A DNA stretch of 64,000 nucleotides from Iphione sp. A-MEVVRFRX5 (Eukaryota), in contig OZ320313.1 in the NCBI GenBank assembly GCA_976226885.1, forward strand, positions 113,336,001-113,400,000, written 5' to 3'. A program made the translations under genes and the position numbers. A model generated the notes under the pieces. The model saw nothing but the letters and a program-made list of their open reading frames with translations, was not told the origin of the DNA and did not search any database. Within the stretch, counting starts at the first letter, position 1; every line of letters begins with the position of its first letter. Of this stretch, positions 1 through 12,800 are shown piece by piece.

Positions 1-1640
1 AGAGAAGAGTACGTCGCAGTATGTTACTTCAGTGTAGCTAGGTCAAGTTTACCTGCATCTCTCTACCCTAAATTTATCCACCTCAGAGAAACATAAATCT
101 AGAGATTCTTCTTTTTTTACCTGTCAAGACAGGTGCAGGCTGCTTGATTTTTCTCTGTTGTTTTTTTTCTTCAGATAGACACGTACCTCTCAGTATTAAA
201 TACATGTAGTATGCTCTAGATGTTGGCAGGTTATTTCTGATTTTTAGTACACGTGTATATAGTGTCAGTCGTTTGCCCCTCATGCAGTCTACAGCCTGCA
301 GGATATTACACATCAAGCACTAGAATATCCTACTGAGACTCTGAAGGGACCCACCACTCTCTGCCCGGTACAAGCCATTTACTTTCAAGTGTGCATCTGG
401 CTCGATGGCTGGTATAGGCCCCTAGTTGTTTGTGTTCTCCTCCGTGTGTGCGTGTAATGTCAGAAGGTATTGAAGCGCACTTGTCCTCTTGTGTGTGGTT
501 CGAGCGAGGGAATGTTTTGGTTGCAGACTAGGGACGTCTCACGGGCGTCAACCAGGGGAGGGAATTGTTTACCGGCAGGACGGACCAGCTGGCCGCTGTT
601 GACCGATGGATCAGACTGACTATTGAAGGAGAAAAGAGAGAGAATAGTTGACGGGCGCTTATTATTTCTCGCCCACATGACAAAAATTAGCCCTGGCCTT
701 GGCCGCAGACAGATCAATCCGAACTCGACTGGCAGTCATTGAGCTTGGGATGGTGTCCGCCCATCGCGCTGCGCTGTATCACCAACTCTCCACTTCCATA
801 AGCAGCGGTTTCCCCACCGGGAGCCTAGAAGTGGTCAATGTTATTAAGGCATGGGAATGTCAAGGGGGTTAACATTGACAGGCCCACTGAATGGGCGCCT
901 GCAAGCGGAACGGGTCACAGAAGGTGACCGACGTCAACTTTCTCGTCGATGGCCATAACGATAAGCATATTGCAGACTAAAGCAGGCTTCGACTGGGTTC
1001 CCCAGTTGTGCCTAAGAAGCAGCTATCAGTAGAGAACACTCATTGCGCAGCACTATAGCATATATTTAGGTTACAGCATGTACGTGGACTTGAGCATGTA
1101 AACAATGTAGTTGTCGCCTTCCTTTCAGTCACTTAGTGATCAGGTTCCCCGCTGTATTGTTCTTATACATGTATGTAACATCACTTCAGAGATAAATCGT
1201 GCAATATCGAATTGACCTATAAAATAATGCAACAGACACTTGTGTTAAATTGCACGTCCAGGAGCCAGCAAAGGAGCGTTGGAGATGTCTTTGACTGTGG
1301 GTGATAAAATTGATGCAGCCATCTATTTGACCTCTGATGTTAACCCCACGGTGGGTTTTATGGGGAGAATATGATAACGGTACGCCTTTTAAAGTTCTCC
1401 TTCGGGAGGGTGAGTAAACAGCCACACCAAGCCGCACGATGTGCCACCAGAGCGTATTAATTCCCAAGCACGTCCCAGCTCTTGTCATCGTGTCAAGTTC
1501 GGGAAGGCCGCTGAAGACTGGATGCTCAAGAGTATATTTGCGTACATTGTACTCTTACATGGCACAGCTATTCGTTGTACACTACCGACAGATACGAATA
1601 TTATTTACAAAGCGACATGTGCGTACCAACTCATGTATTT

Positions 1641-1688
1641 TCAATGTCAGTTTTTGATGAATTCTCAATGTCAGTTTTTGATGAATTC
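1641..1688. repeat. Perfect 24-bp tandem duplication
   Basis: tcaatgtcagtttttgatgaattc x2. Confidence 0.95.
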
Positions 1689-4399
1689 CTTTATAAAGTT
1701 CTGTTTAGGAAATATATGATGATTGAAAAAAACTGATTTCTTTCAACTTGAATGTGACATTGCTCATACCCCGTAGTACAGAGGAAGATTAAGTGCTGTC
1801 ATTTGAGCTTGACCAGAATGGTATAAGAGCTGCAGGTCTGCTTGTGACTGGTCACAATGAGGGATGACATCCGAGTATACAAGTAGTATAAGCGTAGGGG
1901 CCTCTGCACCAGAGCGATATTAGAAGATTGCCTTGCGCTGACGACACATTGTAGTCCTCGAAATAACGTATGCCAGTATTGACCAGTTAGACACCAGGGT
2001 AGCGCGTCTTGGGTAGTATGACGCCAGACTCTCTGGAGACGCAACTGTCTGTCTGTAATCCCTTTTTTTGTCAAAGAGAATGTTTAAATTATCTTGCCTC
2101 AGATATCGCCCATCCCATTCCCATGGCGATATCGATAGGCATGTGATAAAATCTGTATTGCTTACCAGAACTGAAGTGAAAACGTAAGAGGATGAGGCGC
2201 ATGGACCGAACAAAGGAATTCTTTTTTTTTTGGTGTGTGCGTCGCTGTATCTGAGACATATTGACAAACATCTATCAGGCCAATTGTACTTGCTGTGAGC
2301 AAATGAATCCATGGTAGATCGGCGCTCCCTGCGTTTCCAGGCCGCTCAGGGTGAGATTGGTTACGTATATAGGCACGGGGTTTCTTGTGCTTCGGCCAGC
2401 TCAAAATAGAAATGGCAGGCTCCATCTGGAGGTAATCAGTTCCTCTCTGAATGTTGAAACGTGGCGTTTTTCACCGTAGGTCGACTGACCCTCTTCCATC
2501 TTTCGAAATCTTATCTGTTCACCCCGGATTAAATAAGACATCCATAGTATATGTGAAGCGCAGAACTGACTATTTCTGTTTCTCTTGCTTTCATTTTATT
2601 GTTTTATTTGTTTTGGCAATGTGATAGTATATGTTGCCTCAACAGCACGCATCCAAATCAAGTATGAGGGTATTTGAGTTATCTTTATGTTAACAGTAAA
2701 GAAACTTTCGCACGTTCACAACCGAAAAGTGCACGCGATGAAAAGTCAGTGGACAGAGAATATAACATATAAGCGATATACATGTGGGAAGTGATATGGT
2801 AGATAGATTGTTGATGGTAGGACAGGTGTTACAGTTGTATTCCAGTGTTTGATGAAAACAACACATGCAACACATGATCACATTTCGAAAAAAAAGTCCT
2901 TGCATTTCCTTTTTCCCCAAACCGTGTTTGAATGACCTAATTCGTCTTCGTTTTTTTTAACCGATTACCTATTAATATTAGCACGTTTCGGGGCCTCTGT
3001 GGGCAAACCATTACGGCCGATCCTAGTGACCTTTGCACATGAGTCACTCGCAGCAGCCGGACGCCACGCATGACCCAGAAGCCGTGAGTGATGATCACGA
3101 ACCCAAGCTGGTGGCAGGTGGGTCACACAATAACGCGCCAGAATAGAGGCAAAGCCCTCTTCCACTTTGTTGGATGCTTCATGCATATTCGGCTGTTCAG
3201 ACGTGTTGAACGTTAATAGTTTCTTGGTACATGACCATTTGTACGAGACTGACGTTTTGCATGGGCAAATATATGTGTGTGTGTACCTCGAATATAATAG
3301 CTTTCAGGGAGTCTACTCGAACTATGTACATTGGAAGGTAATTTGAGACAAGGACGTGACAAGCTTAATACCAAGGACGTTATCATTTCGTGTCATTTTC
3401 GACTTTTCCTTTTTTTCTGATAGACACTTAGGGCGGATAACAACATTAGCCGATTGGAGTACTTGAACATGCATATGAAACCTTATTGCTACATGCACGC
3501 CGAAGTGCCCTGAGGCCTCGTGCAGTAAGGGAAGTAGAGGGGGGTGGGTGGGTTGACCGACACACACTGGGAACCACCAGGTTTGCCTGATTGGCGCCAT
3601 GGAGACAATGCACATCCCACCCCGTCTCTAGGAGACCCAGGGTGGTTGCAGTGTGTGCGGACGAGGGCGCCTGACTTGCGGCATTTCGACCCACCTACTC
3701 TCGCTTAATGCAATTTTACTGTCCTTGTTGACGTAGAACGCTCTCATTTGTTTGCATCCTGCTGCGGACCATTTGTGCGTCTGTCCAAAACTGTGCACCA
3801 GGAGCCTCCGCGGTCAGCAAACCGATCCAGTTGTTTTCAGGGTTACCTCAGTGGCCACCTTCGCAGAGAATCCTACAGTTATACATGCATAAATATACGA
3901 GCTATGTTCATATCCGTCTCCGAGCAGAAAACATATCATATCATGTTGGCGTCCACAGATGGGAATCCATATACACCCTGTATGTTGTAGTCCTCTAAGA
4001 AGAATGTATGGTGCCGCTCAGGTTGTAGTTGTAGAGTGAGCTTATTCAGTCCGTGTTTACTTTGCGGACAAAAATAGCAGCACAACTTAACTGTTATTTC
4101 GACTGAAAACGAGCGTGGCAAATCCTTCGCTAAGCTTTAGACAATCAGTTATGCGATTCTCCGAGTAAAGACTGTTGTAGTTGTCTTTGAACGAGTTGTT
4201 TCCGGTTGGGATTTCAAGATAGTTTTTTGGGGGTCGGTATTGTGAGGCGCCCCCTATTGTCGTCGGCAAGGTTTACACCCGGCCACACTGCTTTGTTTAC
4301 TGTGGAGGAGTCAATAGCCTCGCAGCCTCGCTCGACTCAGCGGATTTGTACCTCCGTCAGGCTCTGGCAGGAAGCCGAAAGGTTGAAACACTGCAAAGT

Positions 4400-5420
4400 G
4401 AAAGCCTTTTTTTAAAACGGCCCATATCCTCATCACATGTTTCTCCTGTTCGGAATGGGAAATCTACCTATGTACAGGTAGATGATAGGGCTCTGTTTAG
4501 ATGTGCCAAGAGGAGGAACTAGGAGGAGCATAGAGGCGACTCTGGTGATTGAAAGGCCTGATTCCACGTTGTTTGCAGGTTCGTTCTGGTATAATGGCCT
4601 GTTTTGGTCGACCAGTTTGCCCGTCGCTGAAATCCCTAGAGCAGAGATAAGCCCTGAAATCCGTTCCGTGAAAATTGTTCACAACATATACATTGTAGTT
4701 AACTACATGTATTAAATAATCGGTCTTCAAGAGGGAACTGGTATGATTCGTTAATGCCTACTAGGGGTTTCTGAGTTATGAGCCATAGCTTGAATCGGCC
4801 AGACCAAGTTAGCTTGCAGCATGACTATCTAGGCCAAAGATGATTTATGTAATATGGAGGTTACAATGTGCATGGATTAAATAGGGTGTAGTGATAAGTG
4901 GGATTGCTTATATTGAGTTGAGTAGCAGTCAGGGTTTATGAGCCGTGGTTAAGATTAGCCAGGCTCAGCAGTTATAGCTGGAAATTGGTGGACTACACTA
5001 TTAAATTCATCTGAATGAAATTGTGTATGATGGTAAGATATATCTAACTTATCTTGGAAGGACTTATAATTTATGTCTTGCACACATGCCCTACATTGTT
5101 TGCCTTGAACAATCCATGGTATAGAAGTAATGTAATTGACGAATTGATACGTGTAGCTAAGGATAATCTGTCAAGTATGGAGGTTATACTGTGCAGTCAG
5201 GACTCTGAAACATAGAAGTTACTCAGATGCTGTAATGGTAAGTGCCAATCACCCAAGGGGGTGCTAGCCATTGCCAGGATCAGTCGGTTTTCATGGTCGT
5301 TTAAGTTGATCTAGTAAAAAATTTAAGTTGACATAGCAGGATGGTTAAGGTAGACCTGTCAGTTGGAGAAGTTAAATTGCGAATGCGTCAAATTAATGAC
5401 CTTTTTAAATTTGTATTATG
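4400..5420 (-). pseudogene. Possible heavily degraded LRR(-LRRCT/Ig) gene remnant
   Basis: Minus-strand fragments across frameshifts and stops: DAFA.., VYLNH, NLH..LDRLSL, NYITSIP, KLDISY, KLWL..QKP, CSRDFSDG/KLVD..NEP. A + strand repeat atatggaggttacaatgtgca / gtatggaggttatactgtgca occurs at about 4852 and 5175. Could be chance. Confidence 0.25.
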
Positions 5421-8400
5421 TTGTTCTTTTTTCTTTCTGTAACTGAGGTCAGATCACAAACTTTATAGTATTATAAGACATTGAGACTCAATAAACTTTA
5501 AATCAATCGATCATTCAAGTAATTTTGCAGAACGACAGCGAAGGAGGGAAACCTGGTTTTCTATATGGGTAATCTTGCATGTTGCTTCTAGAAACAAAAT
5601 GTTGTTAAAGACATTAATCCTCCATAGGATAAAGAAGAATGTAGTTGCAGTCTGAATTGTTAATTTTCTTGAAAGCTGTAGGCGCGAGTCAGAAATACCG
5701 TTTAACCTTATAAGAGTTTGTCATTGAGTAAGTAAATCCCGATCCAACTTCTCGGTAGCCAGAAACATTGCAATTCCATCGCAGCCAGACGAACCTCCAC
5801 GGTACCTTTTAGACGGAAGAAGCTGCCGGTGAATATATACGTAAAAAAAAGGACTCAGAACCAATCTATTAAACCAACACAAATTGATTACGAAGCACAC
5901 GCTAGTCTTTTCCGGAGGGGCCTTCAAAGGTCACGACCGGACGTGTAGTAGGGCCTACCAGTGAGCTTGTAGATTCATTAAGCGACTCCTAGCGGCCGTC
6001 TCGGAGGGCATCTGTTCGAGTAGTAACGATGTAGCCGAGCCCATGGATGCCAGCCTCTCCTCGTCCACGTACTCCCTACCACGCGTAAAGGTGTACTGTC
6101 CTCCAGGGCTGAAGGGTCACTGAGGTGAGTGACTTAGTTAAGAGCGGAGTTCATGTCAAGGACACTATTTGAGCGTTGTGAATTGACATACGCCAGCCTT
6201 TCCTTCACTGCAAGGCAGAAACTCGTCCCGGACTCGGGACTGCAGCCAATCACCGGTACTCTAGAGTAGAAGGTACAGGCCACTGCAGCTTTTAGTAATT
6301 GGTCGTGCATCTACATGTAAGTGGATAACCTGTCTGTCTGACTGTGGCATGTCTGTGAGGATTGCTTGTTAGGCACTAGCCACTCCACTCTGAACGGCAT
6401 GCTCTGACAGTGGCGGCATGCTTGCAGGAAGCATCTGTATCAATTAATACCGCCGCTTTGAGGCTGTCCTGGATAGACCCAGGGTCTAACTAGGCTCACG
6501 GTAATGGCGGCATGCTCTCTCCCGCCTGCGGCAGCTCCATGATGCATCACGCGGTATGCCAAGAGTGGGATCTCCGAAGACTACTTCACGTGTATTCCCC
6601 GGCCCAATCACTCCCGCCTGGGATCGGCCTCATGTATCTCTGTCTTAGATAATCGCCGTCTATTCACGTGCAGGGCCCGCCGAGGCCAGCCGAGGCGGTC
6701 GGCTATTTCCGTCCGCCAGTAGCCCCCCCCCCAGGTCTGTCGTCGCTCGGAGGTAACGTCTCACTTGTGTTGCTTTTCCCTGAGCGCCTTGTAGGCGTTA
6801 ATTCCATAGCCCCCTTACCTGCCCACTGCCGCCGTCCCAAGATAAAGCTGATCAATTGAGGGGCCTGGAGGACTCTGTGCATGTGCTGCAACCCCCCCCC
6901 CCCGCAACCTCCTCTGGGGCCGCGCCTTTTATGAGCGATAGGCTGGAAGAGCAGTACCTACCATCTAAGCGGGTCTGGACGAGTGAGATTTTCACTCTGG
7001 AGACAATCGCAACGGTGGACTTGGAGACATTAACGATTGCGTGCGCCGAGATGGACAAGCCCTCGGACTGACTCCGGTTGCTCCGTGACGTTGACGTTGT
7101 CAAATGGCTGCATACCATTTTAGTGATAAAGTGGCCCCATAAAAGCAGTATAATCCTTTTATACAATAAAATTCCATTACTTCGTGATGTATCGATGTTG
7201 GCTAGTCAGTTAAAAAGATAATTGATCGGTTTTAAGCCACACCTAGTCGATAGCGGCGTGTTTTTTTTAAAACGCTACAGAAGATATTTACGAAGGACGT
7301 AAGTGCTCATATTTACAGACGTCTCACACAATGTCATGCGGTGCAATAGGCTCGGGCTTTCTCGAGTTTGTGATGACTGACATGGCACGTCAGCGGTCTG
7401 CGTGCTACAGCCGTTTGGTTTTTAAACGCCATTGATGTAAACGCACTTTCATAGACGGTTCCTGGCCCTTGTTTACTCTTAAAGTAGATAACTGTAGATT
7501 TTTAGTCGGAGGAGAGTAAGAACTCCACCAGAGCGCCCTAGTGCTAGTAGACAAGATCCTGGCCGGCTGTCGGCGAGGCTATCTGACTGGCTCGGGCGTG
7601 AGTGAAGAAACAGAACCCAAACGCTGAGACTGGAGAGACTGCTTACAATATTCTACCCATGGGCTAGTTGGAGGTAAGCTTCACAGCGAGTAACAACAGA
7701 TAACGCTGTGAGGCAGTGGTAATGTTACTTCATCGCATTTCAAGGGCACGTTAAGGTTTATAAATACTAAGAAGGGAACATTCTCAACAAAGCATTCGAT
7801 AATCATAGGTTCATTCTTTAAAGTGGTGACAAGTTTGGATGGTGATGTTACAGTTGGTACAGGTGGTGATTACTTTTGCGCCAAACTTTCAGGAATGACT
7901 AAGAAAAAAAATAAATAAAAACCGAAAATGATCCCGACCAGAGGTAGAACCAAATGTCTGTGTAAAGTGAACATGCCTGATGTGAGGTGGATCCACGGTC
8001 GCAACAGAGTCTACACAAATTACCCAAACTTGCCCCTCAATGCCCTTGTCTGCGTCCATCTGTACGCCGAAAATTTGAATACTCCGACTGGTGCTGCGCA
8101 GCTGTATTTATGAATATTTATACTACTCGTTCCAATTTTGCCACTCCTGGTTATTTTGGTCTGCTGGAGGCGATACTTCTACCCAAGAAGCAAGAGGGGA
8201 CGAGAGATATCGCCCTCACCCCCCCTCGCCCCTGCTCGATGTGTGTATGTATGTCTATGTGTTAACAGTCTTCGTTCTATGTCAAGCACATGGCAGGCAG
8301 GCCCGGTACTAAGTTCATGGCGCGCACACGCTGATCATCAGTCACTAGCGATGGGGTTGCGCGAGTGGATTTTAGGGGGTTCTGCACTCCCGGGCAAGTC

Positions 8401-8999
8401 TGCCGACCGTAAATTACGGTAGATCTACCAAAGACTGCTGCATCCCTCGTGGGGCCGGAAGCGTAGGTGGGTCTCTTCCCCCCCCCCCTTTACATTTGCC
8501 TGTAAGAACGATACACCTCGTGGCTATCTTCAGGCCGCCCTACCGGGCTCAAGCCCCGCTACAAAGACCTTTACTTGACAAGAGTGAGAAAAGGGGAATA
8601 GTTTCTTGGCCGCCCTCGGAGGTCTCTCCGGGTCACACCTGCGGTCATTTAAAGGTCAAATGTAGAGGTAAAGAGGGACCTTCATGTAATGAATTTCGTC
8701 CCTTTTATACGATTCATGACATTCATTGGAAGTGCTCCTCAAAAGATAGTCATACTATACGTACCACATTGGTGTGAACTTTAGACTCTGCCCCCCCCCC
8801 CCCTTTTTATTGAAACGAAGGACTGTCGCACGACACCAGATCATCCACGATAGAGGGCACATATCGTCGACATAAGTATCTGTACATATTGTGCGACGTG
8901 GAGCATGGAGGAGTTCTGTAACGCGGACATAGGAGGACATTGCCCGCCGTCATTTCGATCCTATCAGATGATGGCCCCTTGGGTGGCGACCGACCAGGC

Positions 9000-9800
9000 T
9001 TGCTATAACCGAGGCGTCTAGTAATATTCACTTTTGGCCAAGCTATCGGTGTCGGCAGAATTCACTCAGGGTGGATTGAGCTGTGCCGTCTAAAAGCCCG
9101 GCGTGCTGGCACACATCTCTTTTCTTGGCTCATCTGCCTCCTTTATGGTCCCGCAGGACCTCGCCCAGAGGTTATCTGATCCGCGGCTGATCCTTGAGCC
9201 CAGCGCTTCATTAGAGGTCGCATCCCTGTCCTCTACTCCAATCACCCGGCCACGCTCCTCACCGGTCGTAACCCGTCCCGCCTTCCTCCTTCAGCTTAGG
9301 CTGATGCTCTGTTTGGTGGCCTGTTTTTCTCTCGCGCGGTTGCTCCCGCTATGGCTCTTGCTCCATGGTTCACATGATCGAACGTTCAGAGGTGTTGGGC
9401 TGGCGGTGTTGGCGGCGGCGGCGGCGGCATTGGTCGTCTTATGCAGGCTCTCCCCCGGCACTGCTAACAGTTGACCTCAACAACAACAACAGCCACCACT
9501 ACCACCACCACCAACTGCCACAGCGACTCGTAGCACCACCACCACCACTACGGTGGTACAAATGCAGCCTGCCAAATCCAGCAGCGAGATACCTGGCTGA
9601 GGTTTGGAGTCAGTCGACCATGCGTGCGCTCGCTCGGCGCACACAGCCCTCCCCCGTGTCGCCCCGGATCTAACAGCGGGACGGATAGCCGCTAGTCACC
9701 GCCTACTGTATGACCCTCCGGCTTTATGACCACAGAGACAGCCTGGTGGTCGTCGTGCTGCAGGTTGGTCGACTTCCAGCACGCTGTGGGAGGATTTTAC
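9000..9800 (+). promoter_or_regulatory. CpG/GC-rich promoter-like island with a possible short first exon (9710-9763)
   Basis: GC- and CpG-rich stretch with GGC and CAA/CCA triplet runs. ATG 9710 after an in-frame TAG gives MTLRLYDHRDSLVVVVLQ|gttggt (phase 0, weak donor). Confidence 0.3.
9478..9551. repeat. Compound CAA/CCA triplet microsatellite
   Basis: caacaacaacaac...caccaccacca...caccaccaccaccac. Confidence 0.8.
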
Positions 9801-12800
9801 CTCGGCAATTTCGCGTGAACGTGGCAGGCAGTTAAGAAGGCAGGGAGTGGGAAAGTCCAGATTGAAGGGAACTAAGACGTATCTTCTGTCAGGTAACTAT
9901 GCATTCCACCACTCACGTATAGGCCCGCCAAGATTAATGACTTCCAGCGAGTTTGCTCACCCCTTTCCGTCGCAGTGGCTTAGCATCAGTGAATGTTAAC
10001 TTTTTTAACCTCGTGAATTTGGTGTGCCAAATGCAGCGATACTTGGGGCCAAGGTTTACGTGCGATTGTTGTCAGTACATGTAGCGTAATCCGTTAAGTA
10101 TATGCACTCGTTTGTGGGGCTTAGTCACGTAGTATTTATAAGTGGAAATCGCTACAGATCACTTAACACAACACAGATCTAGGCACTCAGTGAGATTGCA
10201 AAGTTGAGCGAAATGCCTTTCGATATGCATTGGCCGTGTATAAGCCATTCTTTTGTTACGGGTAATATCCGTAAGCCCTCGATGGTGCTAATAATAATGA
10301 GAATCAAACAGCCGCTTTCTGTGCAAGCAGTCGTTTTCCCCCCTTTATCATGCATATAAGCCAGCGTTGAGGAGTGGAGCAGGTGGCTGGGACGAGGTCG
10401 TCTGATTTCTGCAGGTTTGGTATGTCATTGGTGAATTACACGTACCACCCAGACAGGGCGCGTGGATCATTCGGGGGTAATAGAGGGGAGGCCAGTGCTG
10501 TCTGCCATGCCCAAACTTCTTAGTTCGTGTATGTATGTAGGACAGGCAGCTACATGCAGTGTATCAGATGCATTTCAGGTGCCCATACGTTGATGAAATA
10601 CATGGGGTGTGAATTTACATGTACAAATGTACATGCTCTTCCGAGTCATTCCAGCTTTAAATAAACAATATATCGTAGTGACCGCAGAAGAAAGATTTTC
10701 CGAAAGTTTGTATTTCGACAAGTACCATATTCATACTACCCAGCAGGGCTTACTGAAAACCATGCAGGCACGCCCAGATCTCGACTTGTGGGCCTCTTTA
10801 TGTAAACAGATCCATTGCCGAGTCTCCGACAGGTGTGCTGGGCACCCCGATAACACAGGCTCATGTTTACTCCCATGCCATCTTTCCCAAGGTGCTATCG
10901 AAGACTTGTTTGACATTCCTAAGCTTGCTACTTTGTTCGAAGCAGGTACATTTGGGTGGATCATGTAACTTACACAGAGTTCAAAAGTTGACCTCGGTTT
11001 GTATTGTGGTTATGTCCAACATGGTACATAACATCCGGCTAGCAGGTTCTCGAACCTGGCTAAATATTTAACTCTGTTCACTGGTGTGGTGTAAAGATGT
11101 CTTGATTAAAAAACGAAAAATGATCTGTGTTACAGATCTTGCCCAAATTCCGATATGAATGTTTTCTAGACAGAAGTACTGGAGGTTTACCTCGGTGGTT
11201 CTTGTCTCATATCACCTCATAAATGTTTTGCGTATATTTGTAAAACGTGAACAAACACACTCACACACAACATATCACTCAATACACCATATATACACTG
11301 GGTAGTAGTTGGTGTGTAAATGTATAAAAGTAGGGCTCAGACAGCATGTTTCTTTCGTAACAGGGAATGCGTACACACTGTGTAAGTGTAGTACAAATAA
11401 CGCAGCACCCGACAGATAAATACATCTATCAAACGTATCCGTCTTCTTCATTGCACACGGTCCAAACAGTGCCAGGAAGTTGATAGATATTGATCGTAAC
11501 ATGTTTGTGCCAAGGGAAGTGTCATGTGTGGGCTAACTGAAGAGTATATACTAAGGAAAAGGAAACTTACCCCATAGTGATTACTGGTGTAGAATAGATG
11601 GCTGGACGAACGTTTGTACACTTCATGTATTTTTTTTTCTGGTCACAAGTTTGGACACATTTGCACTCGTGGAGGAGACGGACAGTTGGATCTCGGGATC
11701 TGTTAACTCTGTGGGTAGATTAAAGACACATACTCTAAACATTAGAGGCACACAACTGTAGGAGACCTTCACACTGACTCGTCGAGTCCACTAAAATGTA
11801 GGTGTTGTTTTTTTTTTCTTCCATCATGACCATGCGCATGCAGGTACAGAGCGAGAGTCTAATACGTTTTATCTGCATATCTGTAAATTTAAGAGCGTGA
11901 TCAAACTATACGTGTACGATACATAACAGAAACATCCACAGGGTGGCACGCGTACACATACAAAGGTAGAAGTTTGACACATGGTCTGCATGCCTGCGGG
12001 TTTCAATCAGTGCTCACCTTGACCTACCTGATTACATACACGTACAGTGTATATATGTACATAACTCATATTCCCTCACTAGGCTGAAAGTGGGTGCTTT
12101 TATGTCTCGAATAATTAATAGCTTGCAGTAATTCCGACGTCACGCATCGTCTAACACAGCTTTTTTTCAGGTAGGGAAGAGCCTTGATTTAAGGGTGAGT
12201 AACACGAGTAAAGTATACGAAAATACAAAAGGAAGTCCTAGATCTAGATTTAGGCAGGTACCATGCTGTGCAGTGCTTCTTTAAACATTGCGTTGCAAAC
12301 AGCGTTCGGTGGCTTACCACCAACAACGGAGTGCTTCAGGTGAATAGGTGGGATTGCTGTGCAACATGTTATTGACAAGCCATCGACGAAAAGAGACCTA
12401 ATTTCCATCTGTCATGATATTGTAGTTGATGTCATGTCTACATTATTGTGCGGTGAAGTCTGACTTTTACACGGCTTTTAGGAGTACTCCCTTTTGTGCA
12501 GTGTTCTCTGACCGCAATTCACGCTAAAGTATAGATATTCAACAAACCGATATATTTTTAATTCTTTTTTTTTCAGTCTTGAAATAGGATTGTTGGCTCA
12601 GGGTGAATTTGAAGCACATTCGTACGTATATTACAGAAAGTCATGAGAAAGACTAACAAGTAAAGGAAGTATAGACAAAAAGCTTAGAAAGAAAACTGAA
12701 GTTGCTGCAGTAATGAATAACACTTCTTGTTTTTTCGTATGTCTCTCCTAATTTTATGCTCACAGTCGTTCAGTAGCAGTGATACATTTCTCAGTGAAGA

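Noticed and set aside
1340-1410. Segment resembling a PDZ first exon (..PTVGF / WGEYDNGTPFKV..|gtgagt)
   Set aside because: The resemblance needs a frameshift and lacks a proper WGFRL-GG motif; probably chance, though an assembly indel cannot be excluded.
6034-7597. Two segments with gtgagt donors (ending 6125 and 7597) that are phase-compatible
   Set aside because: No start codon, weak acceptors, no homology, and the phase-1 end does not fit the phase-0 PDZ exon. At most non-coding exons.
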